A DNA stretch of 64,000 nt from Octopus vulgaris (GCA_951406725.2 OX597824.1:46810001-46874000), one strand, 5' to 3'. Shown: positions 12,251 to 27,690, counted from the first letter of the stretch. Numbers and translations are program-made. The notes: a model not told the origin generated them from the sequence alone.

Positions 12251-13879
12251 TAAGGGAGAATTATACTCTGTATATAACACAACTATTTAGTGTTCAAATT
12301 GAATTGGGCTTTTGGAATATTACGGAAGATTTTGGATTTGAGACAAAATTCTGGGTTATCAGAATATATATATATATATATATATATGCCTTTCATCCTT
12401 TTGGGGTTGGTAAAATTACTATCTGTTAAGCGCCATGGTTGATGTAATCAATTTTCCCACTTTCCCTATAACTGCTGGCCTTGAATCAAACCCTATATTA
12501 TTTATAGGGTTTCGACTTATCAGCTCACACAGAAAGAAACGAAAGAATTAACAACGTTAAATGAAACGGAATATTTAAAACACCTGGAATGAGCCGCCAA
12601 GTCGTTCCCTCAGTTTTCTGTATAGCGTAGATGATGTATACATCTTTTATATTCGTCTTATGTTCTTTATAATAACTAGAATTATCACCAATTAGAATAT
12701 TTTGACAATAAAGATAAGTATTCGAAAGATAAACATCATTTCATATATAAATATATCAATAAAAGTAAATAAATTGTGTGCAGCAAATCAAATTTATATC
12801 TAAAAGTATAACCGTTCATAGTTTTGTACCTAAATCTTAAATAAAGTCTTTTTTAATAAAACAACTGTTGTGATGCAACTGAAGAATCAGTCGTTTATAG
12901 ATCGTTCTTTGACTGCAATTCCAGTGTGATTATGGCGTCTTACTTTGAACATTATTTGACGTGGTTGAACCGTTAAGGCGTTCAAAGCGTTTGATCGAAT
13001 ATACAAACGTAATACTTTTTAAAAAATAAAAATGGAAAGTTAACATATATGGCGAAGTTTCTTCGAAAACTCAAGAAAAAAACGGCACTTGAATCAGAAA
13101 ATAACCTAAAAAAAAACAAACACTGTTAACTGATATGCTGAGATGTGTCTAATCTAAAAGAAGAAAGCAAAAAGGCCAAGAAAAAAGATTATTTGTTTTA
13201 CATTTTTTGTTCTTCTAAGAAGTGACATTACAGTAGAGATGTTTGTTGACTTTTACCGCAAACCTGTAAGACCAAACTCCACAATTTGTAAGTAAATATT
13301 TATTGATAATTTTGGAATAACAAAATTCCGGACACTAAACATTATGTATTGATGTTAAATAGGTTTACATTCTTTACTGATCAACCGCATTATCTAAATG
13401 TTATATTCAAATTATAAAATGTATGTTTTCAAAATTCTATGCTTAACCGAACTTGTATTATAATTCGTAATTCTACTCGTGGATATTCAGATTTATTGTT
13501 TCCGAATATACTGTAACTAATATCATTAACTCTTTAAAATTCTTCAAAAGTCTTTGAAAGTTATTTATATATATGTACATACTCAACTAAACATCCATCT
13601 TATTAAATCGAAGATAAATTTCAAGTATACCTGTTGTTGTTATCCTTTAATCCATTATCAATCCATTAAAAGAAAAATCAGAAAATATGTATGAAGTGTA
13701 ATTATAAAATGTTAACTCAAAGTATTTCCTTTGTTATTTGGATTTCTGTTAATATCCGAGAACCTTCAAAAGTAATTGTTCATATATTCAAATATTGCAA
13801 AAGAAATCAGATTTTTATTTTCATATTGTCTCGCGTCCGGAGAGAATAAAGGAGTTCCCTTAGCTATTAGATTAATTCA

Positions 13880-15235
13880 TCACCATATTAATTTCCACAT
13901 AAACAGTGGTGTAGACCGCCTCTATCTAAAACGTAAACAAGGAGGCAGAGGCTTAACATCGATCCAAAATGCCTTTGAATGTCGCATGTTGCCGAAGATC
14001 GCTTCGGCAACATCTTTAAACCACTAAGCGTCGGAGTGCATCCTTTGACCAAGTTTGCATACATGAAGCTGATAACATCAGCTCCTTGTCTGATAACTAG
14101 AATACGTGCCCAAAGAAGTCGCACGACTCTACCGCAACATATCATCAGATGAAAGGATGAGCCTATATATGCAGAAGACTATGCATGGATATGTTGGTAG
14201 AAAGCTCTATAATGATAGTAACATCGATCATCAAAGCAGTTTATAATGGACGAATAGCCGGATTATTATCCCCCACTTTGAAGGGTATGCATTTGCAATC
14301 CAGGAATAGGAAAATATCAACCAGGGTACCTGATGCACAAAAGGGATAGAGATGCGGCAAATGCCGTAAAATGTGACAACCGATGGAGGTCGCATTGAAG
14401 ATATCACCCACATCATAAGCAGTTATCCGAAAACGTCATCACGGTATTATCTACCGATGAGACATGACGTTGTAGCTAGGACACTATAAGGAAATCCGTC
14501 GGAAGTATAATCCCCAGGACAAAGAAATAAAAACCCACAATATGGTAGAAGCCATAGCCACAGAAAATGAAAAGGAATCTTTTCTACTCTAGGCACAAGG
14601 CCCGAAATTTGGAGGGGAGGGGGCCAGTCGATTAAATTGACCCCTGTACGCAACTGGTACTTAATTTACCGACCCCGAATGGATGAAAGGCAAAGTCGAC
14701 CTAGGCGGAATTTGAATTCAGAACGTAAAGAACTCATAATGAAAAGGAATATTGGTGGAATGTATCCGTGAAAACCTCAATAAAACAGACCTGATATAAT
14801 GATTTGCGATAGAGAAGAAAAACTGTGCACAGTTGTGGAAATTAGCTTCTCAAAACCAGAAAGGAGAAAACTAATTCGAAGGCTACAGATCCAAACCATC
14901 ACTGGAACTGTAAAAATTTGTAAAACTTTCCAGAAGTTTATCATTTAAATATATATGAGTATGTCTAGATATGAAACTCTATGCATGAAAATACATACAT
15001 AAAACACACAAATCTGCACATACATACATACATACGTACGTACATACATACATACATACATACATACATACATACATACATACATACATACATACATACA
15101 TACATACATACATACATACATACAAAAACACCCTGTTGTTGGATGTTGAAATTCCAATGAAAGAACCTTGGATGTAGGTTAGAAACTGGTTCTTTCTCTA
15201 TAGACAAGAAATCTTGAAATAAACTGAATAATGAC
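13880..15235 (+). mobile_element. R4/Dong-like (RLE) non-LTR retrotransposon 3' fragment
   Basis: HINSGVDRLYLKRKQGGRGL, a decayed zinc-knuckle/RHD region, RPDIMI, and TGTVKICKTFQKF at the end. Confidence 0.75.
14579..14737 (-). mobile_element. Truncated SINE B inserted in the R4-like fragment, with a 13-bp target-site duplication
   Basis: AATGAAAAGGAAT flanks it at 14566-14578 and 14738-14750. Confidence 0.75.
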
Positions 15236-15672
15236 ATATATACAAACATATATACATGTGTGGGTTAGGGTTAAACAGTGTTTATATGAATACATTTTCT
15301 AAATAAATAACTAATTATGGGAGAGATGTTTCTTGCATTAGAATGGGAGAAAACAAAATTAAAAAAAAAACATTGTATAAAATATATTTACAAACTTATT
15401 GTATGAGAAGCCGTTTATGTGAAAAGTCACATTGAAAATACATATGACAAAAGAAGTCCTTGTGAGGAAGATTTCCGGGAACCCAGCAAGACAAAAGGAA
15501 TATCCATCATAAGTATAGATTAAATCAGCATCGGTTTAATATGTCTGGCAAATAGTGGTTGTGAAGCAGAAAAACTCAAGATTGTGAAGTAACCCGCTGT
15601 AAGACCACTGAATGTGATGTATATACTTGGAATCATTAGCCGTGGTGAAGAAAGCTTATAGACACTAAATAC

Positions 15673-16395
15673 AGAGGTACCATATAGGCACTACTTTAAT
15701 ACAGAGGTCCCGATGCATCTGCGTAACGATATAAAGGGGAAGTAATCTAGTTTTACCAAAACTACTAGAGGTACCATATAGGCACTACTTTAATACAGAG
15801 GTCCCGATGCATCTGCGTAACGATATAAAGGGGAAGTAATCTAGTTTTACCAAAACTACTTTTAATGATGTAAGGGGCCCCACAATATCGTCTGTTTTTA
15901 CTCTGATCTTTTTCCCTACAACATCATCTGTATTTAAATTGATGTTTTAACAGTGCCACACTCGTTAGGGTTAGTTTTAGGGTTAGGGGTAGTTCTAGAG
16001 TTAATTTTCAGGGTTAGTTTTAGTGCTAGTTTTTAGGTTTAGTTTTAAGGTTAGTTTTTAGGGTTAGTGTCAGTTTTAGGGTTGGGTGGTGTGCACGCGC
16101 TTTACCTTCGCCTATTGTATGATATTGTGATCATCTTTTGTGCTTGTATCAGCAATAAGTGTCATTACACGTCCACACAGCGTACATTTGAAATACTTCG
16201 TAACACACCATGACTTTTGAAAAATCTACCAACTTCTCCGGATCGTTCTAATATGAAATATATCTATTTCAACTTACACAAGTACCACTTATGTGAAGTC
16301 GCAGTAGTTTTAATAAAACTAGATTACTCCCCATCCCTTTATATCGTTACGTAGATGCGTCGGGACCTCTGTATTTAAGTGGGACCTTTGTTTTT
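15673..16395. mobile_element. Non-autonomous inverted-repeat element with a 94-bp tandem duplication and internal degenerate TTAGGG-like repeats
   Basis: 15673-15766 equals 15767-15860. 15791-15860 is inverted at 16303-16377. GGTTAGTTTTAG-type repeats at 15964-16086. Confidence 0.7.
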
Positions 16396-16951
16396 AAGTA
16401 GAACCGCTTTTCTAACCGCTTGTAACACCCAACGATCTGAGTATTAGCTTGTTCTTTTGGCAACATTTACGCTATGACCAAATAAGACTATGTGATGCTG
16501 TCATAGCCGTATCTTCCTTTTATTACGGATATCCACGATGCTAGCGACTCGTTAACAAGTATTTGCCCATACTCTTCATCAGATCTTATAAACATAGCCG
16601 AACATTTGCTGGATGATGATGTTCGTTAATCTCGATCGGTCAGCCGATCGTTTGTAATCCTGGCCCGAATTCGTTGCAGCGAGTGCAGTCGAACCACACA
16701 GCACTGCACACAATGTCATGTTAATTTCTTTATGCAGTCCAGTGGTTTTCAACCATTTTTTTTTTTATCTGTGGACCCCTTTGATTCCTATTTAGCTCTA
16801 CTGGACCTCCATAGCCATTCTATGTTTAAAAATTCTACTGTATTTTTATAATGAAATATTAGGAATTGTGTAAAAAAAATGTTAATATTTTGTGCATTGG
16901 AGAAGTATAAGCGATTATATATAATGTATGCTAAACTTATGGAATGCAGTT

Positions 16952-17059
16952 CCATATATCCCATCAATTTTGTTAAAAATGGAGGAAACAAGTTGTTAAA
17001 ATTTATAAGAAGTTTAAACTTGTCTCCTCCATTTTTAACAAAATTGATGGGATATATGG
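16952..17059. repeat. Near-perfect 43-bp inverted repeat (hairpin)
   Basis: CCATATATCCCATCAATTTTGTTAAAAATGGAGGAAACAAGTT and its reverse complement, one mismatch, about 20-nt spacer. Confidence 0.9.
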
Positions 17060-17277
17060 TGAGTATTTATTGAGCGAAAACACCTAAAAGCTCCACGAGG
17101 CTCCGGCAGAGGGTGGTGATCCCTGCTGTAATCTTTCACCACACTTTCTCCCACTCTTTCTTCTGTTGGCCTGCTCGCTTAGCCAGCGGGGTGGCGTCAT
17201 TTGAAGGCTAAAACAGTGCGAACGCATTGTGACTAGCGATGTGTAAAACATCTGATGGTCTGGTCGGTCACGTGATA

Positions 17278-17318
<41 letters not shown>

Positions 17319-17399
17319 TGTGTAAATTATGGGGGTAAAAAATTAGAATCATTTATTACCAGTGGTTTGCATGCGTAATAAAAGTCAAGACAACATATC

Positions 17400-17569
17400 T
17401 TTATATATAAGAGTGTATAAAGATTTATACACAGAGAGAAGACCCTTGTCAGGACTTCCTGCATGCTAAAAAGGGCAGTTAAACCCAAACACTGCCCTTT
17501 TAGCGTGTAAGAAGTCCTGTCAAGGGTTTTCTCTCTCTGTATAAATCTTTATACACTCTTATATATAAA
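17400..17569. repeat. Inverted repeat with ~80-bp arms (long hairpin)
   Basis: TTTATATATAAGAGTGTATAAAGATTTATAC...AAGGGCAGT, 11-nt loop, then ACTGCCCTT...GTATAAATCTTTATACACTCTTATATATAAA. Confidence 0.9.
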
Positions 17570-17647
17570 CATATATATAAAGTTAGCAAATTTTATAGTG
17601 TTACAAGCCAAAGCCTTGTGGACAGTTCTTCAGACTCTGTCTGTCTG

Positions 17648-17719
<72 letters not shown>

Positions 17720-17720
17720 G

Positions 17721-17755
<35 letters not shown>

Positions 17756-17827
17756 CACACACATGCATATATACATATATATACATGATTCTGTTTTTAC
17801 TCATATATATAGATGTGTGAATGTATG

Positions 17828-17876
<49 letters not shown>

Positions 17877-18572
17877 TTGCATAAGTATATATGCATATAT
17901 ATGTGTATGCGTGCGTGTGAATAAGTTAAGATGTATGTGTATATACACATGTGGATGTCTGTGTGTATTTACGTATGCACATACATGCACAGACCGAAAT
18001 ATTCTTATTAGAAACCGCCAGTGTTTTGTAGTTCTTTGACTCTTTCTTTTACATTTTTATTTTATTTATTTTTTTCTTTTGTCAGTTAAACGACTTCAAA
18101 TGTTTACAGAATGTCATTTGCGTCGCAGTAGCGTTTGTCACTAAAACATTTGATATCTTCGTACTTTTCCGCGCTCGATTTTTTTCCAGTGAAAGCAAAA
18201 CTCGAAATTCTTGTAACCATATTCCTTGTAACCATATTCATTGAAGCCAGTAGAGGTATCATGTGTCTCGGCGGCATTAATATATATCACCGCTTTTATG
18301 ATTCCCAGTTTTGGGGTTTCATTGTAGGCGAGAGCAGTTTTGATGAGTCGATCCCTTGCATAGCCCCAGGCTTCTTTGGTGTAACGTCCGTGTCTAGGGG
18401 GAGCAGTCTTAGTCTTTACATATGGGTGTATACGTTCATTATCGTGGGCCCACACAATGTAATCACACGTGATACCAAGTCGTCGACACCCATGGTATGT
18501 GTGTATGAATGTATGTGTGTGTACGTATGTGTGTATATATATGTATGTGAGTATGTTTGTATGAATGTATAC

Positions 18573-18603
<31 letters not shown>

Positions 18604-18623
18604 TGTATGTATGTATGTATGTA

Positions 18624-18670
<47 letters not shown>

Positions 18671-19433
18671 TCAACAGGTCAGCTCCAGAGATTCTCAGTA
18701 GAGAAGCACTTAGTTGGGCTCAAATGATTTGAACTTATACTCCGAAAACTTTACCGAGGACCAAGTCTGCGGAGTAAAGCATGGTTATAAGAGGAATCCA
18801 GGCGAGCAGCTATGGAGATAATGAAGCAAATAAACAAAGGAAACTGCTTGGGTTTGATATACATAATATTTTGCATTTCGAACCCAAACAGTATTAGCAT
18901 CATTGTCTCTATGCATGTATACATGTATGTTAGTACGTATATACATCCATACATCCATCCATCCATCCATCCATCCATCCATCCATCCATCCATACATAC
19001 ATACATACATACATACATACATACATACATACATACATACATACATACATACATGCACGTTTTTGTGGAGTTATGCCGAAGAAAGGGGTAGCAAGCAAGG
19101 CGTGATCCCACTTAGGAGTGACTCAGAGGGTTCGCAGGCCCGTCCCTCTGTAGAGCCTACAACTTATATATAACTCGCTTATAAGCCGCACTCCGTGCAG
19201 ACTTTGCATCTAGCTCCTGCACAACGGATAAAGAATGAAGTCACACACACATGCATATATATATATATATATACATTTCTGACATCATAAAATTTGTATA
19301 AACATTCGAGAAACCATGAAATAATTCTTTTTTATACTTTTTGTAATTCTCGAAGCACACAGATGAAGCTATTATATTAGCATATAAATATTGGGTTGAA
19401 AACCCCTTTTGGATATATGTGTATGTGTATATA

Positions 19434-20000
19434 CAGGCTGTTTCAAAAAGAATAACCCAGTTTAAACTGCCATATTTATTGTTGAAGAAAATGCTTTACA
19501 AAAATGAAACAGAGTACGAAATACAAAATTATAAAGTTTCAGAAACATTATTACAAACTTCTATGTGCCCTCCACCAGCCACACACGGACGACATGAAGG
19601 TGATAGCAAAATGCATACGAAACACTTGACAAAGTGTCTTCGTTGATTGAAGCAATTGCTGCTGCTATCCTGTTTTAAGCTCATCAAGATCACGAGTTAA
19701 AGGAGGAACAAAAACATATTCCTTAACGTATCCCCTCAAAAAAGTACGGGTCATAAATCTGGGTTTGTGAAAGCGCACAAACAATGTTAACTTTTGGTGA
19801 ATTTCGTTCATGTTCTACGATTTCATGGGAATTCTGGAGTCTCCACAAGCGCACGTTATGGCAGTTAACTTTACCGCTTAGATGAAAAGTAGCTTCATCA
19901 CTAAAGATCAACCACAGCAAAATACTGTCATCTTCTATGTCCTCTAAGAAGAGCTTGTACAATTTGTAATCTATATGGCTTCATGGTCAAACGTTGCCTT
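19434..20000 (-). mobile_element. Tc1/mariner-superfamily (rosa/maT-like) transposon fragment
   Basis: ORF 19723-19962 reads IFSDEATFHLSGKVNCHNVRLW...HERNSPKVN. TA|CAGGCTGTTTCAAAAAG terminus at 19434. Confidence 0.8.
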
Positions 20001-20053
20001 AATACACACCACACATATGTGTGAAGTAATGCAAGTTCTCTGCTAGCATGGCA

Positions 20054-20086
<33 letters not shown>

Positions 20087-20106
20087 TGTATGTATGTATG
20101 TATGTA

Positions 20107-20142
<36 letters not shown>

Positions 20143-20229
20143 GGGAGGAGGGAGGGAGGGAGAGAGAGACAAGGAGACAAAGACAGAGAGAGAGAGAGTA
20201 GGGAAGGAGAGACAGACAGAGCCAAACAC

Positions 20230-21040
20230 AGAGTCAAATGAAAGCTTTTGTACCTCCAGAAATCACAAGTCCCAGATCTACACAAAGTAATAGAGCATCG
20301 TCGGTAAAAATACCCCCAAGCTCACACGAAGGAGCAGTGGCTCTAATTTCATTCCAGTTTGCAAGAAACGGCCAAGATTAATACTGATCGTCGCCAACAC
20401 AATGGTCACCATCATTATTTCTTTCGCACCTGAAAGTTTCGAGCTGGAAGAGAATAACGCAGTAAAACTTCTTCACCCCATGAGAACCAGAACCACCAGT
20501 GAGATCTACCAGGCAAGGAAGGAACTGAAGGACTTTAGACGGCAGATAAAGGCAGGAAGAAGGAGACACAGCCTCTCACGAAGCTGTAAGATATCCTCAA
20601 CTAGAAGCCGATGACTTTGAGGAAAGATGAGTAATACAGCTAACGATGAAAGGGAAGAGCCAGAAAGCAATGTGCTTTCCTAGTAAGCCCATGGGTATTT
20701 ACGAAACAGCTACAGGAACAAGAATGTAGCGGCCAACTCCTCTGCTGAAGAAGTGAGATCGACAGTCACTTAAATGTAGGTATCTTCAGTGATTAATCTA
20801 GGGACCAAGACCCGGGCTACCGCAAGTCTTGATCAATTTGCCTGCACCAGCTTTGGAATTTGTTGGAAATGAGCTCAAATGGAAAGAGTACAGTGAGTGT
20901 TCAAGAAAGTAAAAGCAGGTTCAGCCCAAGATCCGAGTGGGATACCTTACAAGTTTTACAAGAACTACCCAAGGGTACTCTACTGGCTCTGGTGAATTCT
21001 GAAGGGGGTGGATGTGGAAGTGTGCTGAAATTTAGGCTCT
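20230..21040 (+). mobile_element. HERO-like (RLE non-LTR) retrotransposon fragment, pre-RT/RT domain 0 region
   Basis: PWVFTKQLQEQECSGQL and KKVKAGSAQDPSGIPYKFYKNYPRVLYWLW (20903-20992) resemble the SAPGPSGVPYKVYKNCP motif, recalled from memory. Confidence 0.6.
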
Positions 21041-21139
21041 AAATAAAGCAGTGTCAAAGATCACACACACACACACACACACGCATGCTCACATAGATTC
21101 GCGTGCATCTATACATATCTATGTACACATATATGTATG

Positions 21140-21212
<73 letters not shown>

Positions 21213-21225
21213 GTTTATTTATATA

Positions 21226-21760
21226 CTAGAGTACACGAGACGTCAATAATGACGGATGCTTTATTGAAATATGTACATGAAGAATGTTTCTAATGAGAGC
21301 TTGAGCGTTTAAATAAAAATGATAAAAAGAAAACAGGAAAATAAGTAAATGGTATTCATCACTCTTCTAATATTATATAGTTTGATTACAGTCAATAATT
21401 CACTTGTTATTCTACATTGTAATTTTCTACAATAAATTTGCCTAATTTCACAAGTGTATATGTATGTGTATTGAAAACATCCAAAATACATGTCTATTAC
21501 AAATGGATACGTAATTTTTTACAAACAATTTTGAAGTGTTTTCAATGGACAGTAGGAGATTGTTAAAGCTTCGACCAAAATGTCTTGCAGCATATTCTGT
21601 AGCATTTTACGCTCTGTCGGGTTAATGGCACTGACGAACTTCAACTCCTCAGAATTCCTGGCTTTGCGCCTAAATGAGAAGCCACAATTATAACTGGCAG
21701 ACTCATTAGCATGCCAAAAAAAAATGCTTAGCATCATTTATTTTGGCTTTTTGCTCTCTG
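21226..21760 (-). mobile_element. Helitron-like element 3' terminus (5' extent uncertain)
   Basis: Minus strand: hairpin CGTCA-ttat-TGACG (21241-21254), 11 nt, then CTAG (21226-21229) followed by T. Confidence 0.55.
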
Positions 21761-21968
21761 AGTTCAAATACAACTAAAGTCAACTTTACCTTTCATAATT
21801 TTTGGGTCAATAAAATTGAAGTAGCATTCAAGTACAGGGGTTGATGTTATCGACTAACCCCTCTCCTCAAAATTAGAAGGAATTCCGACTTTTAACATCG
21901 ATGTAATCGATTAACTCCTTGAAAAAAAAACTGGTTTTGTGACAAAATGTGAAGCCATTATTATTATT

Positions 21969-22545
21969 TCCATTTCGCTTCTCAGAGCTCTTGATTCCAC
22001 TTGCTCCGGCTAATTCTGTAAGAGCAGACAACAACCTGTTGTCAAGTGCCTCGCAGAATCTCTTTCCGCGTACCAGTTTCAAAATTCTGGCTGTTCCCAA
22101 TAAAGCAGTTTTCTGAGCATGTTATACTTTCATGTCAATCACAATTTCTCCAACAAATTTCTCAACTCTGCTAGTTAATGCTCCAGTGCCCCTGTAACTA
22201 CTCAGATGACAGTTACTTTCTTCACTGCCCACATTCGTGCAGCCTCATCTTTTAGTGGCTTGTACTTTTCAATCTTTTCTAGTTCTTTGTCATCGACTCT
22301 AGGTATGACAATATCTATGATCTTGGTTTCCTTCATCATTTTATCAACTACAGCAATGTCTGGTCTCCGAGTTTCAACCACTGAATCATACTGGATTGTA
22401 AGATCTCACAAGGTCTTATACTAATTATTCTCAGAGACGTCTTCTGGTTTATGTTCATACCATTTCAACGTCCTTTCAAGATCATATTTTTCACACAATC
22501 TCCAATGAATGCACTTAACTATGTTATCATACCTCCATTTTTGTC
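21969..22545 (-). mobile_element. R4/Dong-like 3' fragment 1
   Basis: RRPDIAVVDK and QKTALLGTARILK; the 3' end abuts a short (TAA)n. Confidence 0.75.
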
Positions 22546-22579
22546 TTTTTGTATACTTTTGCATTATTATTATTATTAC

Positions 22580-24316
<1,737 letters not shown>

Positions 24317-26108
24317 TTGGTTTGGCACAAGCTCGATCTTATTCCTGGTAGGAATTATGTGGATAGCGGGTTACTACCGGTAACCTTAGGTAACCACAGG
24401 TTTTCAGCAGTCTTTCAAGTGCTTAGAACCCTCCTGATAACCCTTGCTGTCCCTAAGAGACAAACTTTCTGTAGGAGCTCTAACGGGCATTCTATTCCAA
24501 TCTCCTTCAGCTATTTGTCTATATCTTGGATTACTATTCCCAATGCACCAATTATTATAGGTATGACCTTTACTGTTCGCATGCTCTAAATTCTTCCCAT
24601 TTCAAATTTTAAAGGGTTGCATTTTCTTTGTTTTTCTTCCTCTTTCTTTACAATCCTGGAATCAAACAGGCGTGATGGATCGACAAGTAAGCAACTTCGC
24701 TTTTTTTTTTTATCTATAATCATTATGTCTAATCAATTGTCTTCTAATTTCTGGTCCGTTTGGATAGGAAAGTCACACAAAATCTTACTTTTCTCCGACT
24801 CCAGTACTCTTTCGACTCGATGATTGTAGCATGTGTTTCCAGCTTCAAGTGCCCATTTCTGGCACAGTTTCCACTGTATAAATTTTACAACCTAGTCGTG
24901 CCTCCATTTCTTATAGTCTTCCTGTGCCAATTTGGACATTCCTCCACGATGTGTGCCACTGTCCCGTTCCAAGTTCCACAGGCTTTACATTTTTCTGACA
25001 CATTCTCTCTCTATATATTTTTTCTGAAGTTGTTTTTATCGCTTGATCATGGACTGCAACAATTAGGTTCTGTTTCTCTTTTTAATTCTTCGTGCTCTCT
25101 TTGTATTTCATTCTTGTCCTTTTCTCCTATCAAGCGCTTTATCACCTGTTCTCTATTAACTGCCTTAAGTAGTTTTTTCTGTGTTGCTCTGTAAATACTC
25201 AGCTAAACTTTTTACTTCAATCTGTACACATTCTTCTACTTCCAATAAGCCTCTTCCACCCTGGTCTCTCATCAAGTTTCTTTATATCGTTTCTGGTCCA
25301 GTCTATAATTCCAGCTCCATATCAGATTAAGGATACTGTTCTTGAATTTATTGCTTCAATAAGATTTTTGGAATTCAGCTTTGACTGCAATAATTTTCTT
25401 ATTCTCATTGAGTACTCCCTACTGGTAATTGGTTTCATTTCTTCATTTTTTTTATCTCTTCTCCTTTCAGTATTCCTAAGTACTTACACCATTGTCATTT
25501 CTCAACCGCTCTCATTGTTTGCCCATTTGGCATTGCAATTACCTGGTTTCTTTCCAATCTTACTCGTTTCATTTTCAATATAGCCACTTTTCTATCCCAA
25601 ATTCCATATGTCATTTGAGAAAATGCAGATAGTATGTACAAGACTTTCAAGTTGTTTCTCATTTTTCGCATAAATCTTTACATCATCCATGAAAAGGAGA
25701 TGATTTATCTGACCACTTCCTTTTCCCAAATCGTAAGCAATTTTAACTTTTCGTAGTATCAAAGTGAGCGGTGTCATGACCAATACGAATAGTAATGGAG
25801 ATAAGCTATCACCTTGGAATATTCCATGTCTGATGTTCACTTTTCCGAGTTTTTGTTTTCTTCCGATCATTTCAGTATTCCAATGTTTCTTACTTTCATT
25901 AACTATTTTCTCCATGTTTTTGTTATGCCAATTACGTATCCAACTGCGTGGTACCATGTCATATGTTTTTTTGTTTTTTTTTGTAATCTGGCCATGCTAC
26001 ATTCAGACCCGTCAATTTTCGTCTACAATTTCTAATTATCATTTTATCAACTAATAAGTGATCTTCTGTTAGCCTGCTTTGTTTCCTACATCCTTTCTGT
26101 TCATCTAG
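24317..26108 (-). mobile_element. R4/Dong-like fragment 3
   Basis: EQKGCRKQSR, GIFQGDSLSPLLFVLVMTPL, INHLLFMDDVKIYAKN, QKVCLLGTARVIRRVL. Confidence 0.85.
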
Positions 26109-26139
26109 AATTATCATCATCATCATCATCATCGTTATG

Positions 26140-27690
26140 TGATGAAAACTCACAGCTTATTTTTCTGGCTATGGTGGAAAGTGTCAACTGTCCACAGCCT
26201 GCAGACTAAGATGACACTTCTTTCCTAGTCATGCTTCAATAAACCTGCGGAGAATTCTTGCAGTTCCAAGAAATGCTGGTTTCTGTAGGTATTACCTTCA
26301 CACTTGCATTGATCTTTTTCAACCATGTTGGTAGTTGAGTGCTGATACTTCTAAGTGCACCAATTACTATTGATATCACATCTACTCTCCTCATAGACCA
26401 CAACCTTCCCACTTCAAATTATCATAGTTGTCTATTTTTTCTTCTTTTTCATTGATCCTGTTGTCATTGGGACATGCTATGTCGATTATCATGCATGTTC
26501 TTTCTTTTTTATTCAGCAGGACACTATGTCACTCTTTGGATGAAATACTCCGTGCACTGCCAATAGTTTCTGTGCCTTCATATCCATACTCATCGGTTCT
26601 TTCTTTTACCAAGTTATGATTCCAGCTACATACCGAAGTGATGCTATAGCCCATGTATTTACTGCTTGGATTTTATTCAATTTTGAGCGCAACACCTATA
26701 TTAGTCTTCATAAATACTCTTTCTTCAGTTGTTCTTTCATTTCCTTCTCCATGATTTCATTGAACTCTAGTATGCCAAGATACTTATAGCCTTCCTTTTC
26801 AATTTGTTTCATCACTTCTCTATTTGGTAATTATATCCCTACAAGGGACTGTACCTTGCCTCTTTTCAGGTTCATTACACCACGCATCTTGACTCTGAAT
26901 TCCATCTAAACAGTACTAAAACAGTGAACCGTGTTCATCAAGGAACTCCCTCGTACTTCATCCCTGCCATACAACCTCAAATTATTCTTGCCATATAACT
27001 TCAAATCATCCATGAAGAAAACATACTACATTCCTTACAAATCCAAACACATCCAAGCACTCAATGATCCACGAATGTGGAATCATATCGTATGCTTTGC
27101 GGTAATCAATCCAGACCATTCCCAAATTTATGCTCCTACGCTTACAATCTTGCATTACCATTTTGTCTATCAATAATTGATCTTTAGTACCTTTGCATCT
27201 CATCCTACAACCTCTTTTTTCCATTGGTAAAATGCCATTATCATCAAGAAATTTGTACGTTTCTTCTGCAATCCATGCTGACAGTAACTTACACATTAAT
27301 GGGAGGCAAGAAATTGGCCTGTAATTTTGGCATCATTTCTTTTCGATGCATTCTCCCCGCACAACACTGTTCATCCTTTGATCAACCACCCTGGAATTTA
27401 TTCTGCTCCGTCAATCAATGCATTTATTTATTGCACCTATTGAACATTTTCATCCCAAAACCCTGCACACCATCAAATCCTGCTGCTTTCCAATTGCTCT
27501 TCATTTTTCTCATATTTCTAATACTGTTCTCGGTAAAGAGAATAGCTTCTTGCTGGAGATAAGAAGTTGTTTGCTTCCGGCTGTAGAGCCATTCACCCTC
27601 AGTAGTATTAGGCTATTTTGTTCCTTCTAATACAGTATTTCACTATCCATCTTCCCTCGCCCATCTCTTAGTGATATTTCTCTTGTTTTC
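26140..27690 (-). mobile_element. R4/Dong-like fragment 4 (internally deleted)
   Basis: [20 protein letters not shown]...[35 protein letters not shown]. Confidence 0.85.

Noticed and set aside
12488-12528. Minus-strand CTGATAA-GTC-GAAAC with an 8-bp stem III
   Set aside because: No stem II, no stem I pairing and a C3.A8 mismatch; more likely a simple hairpin.
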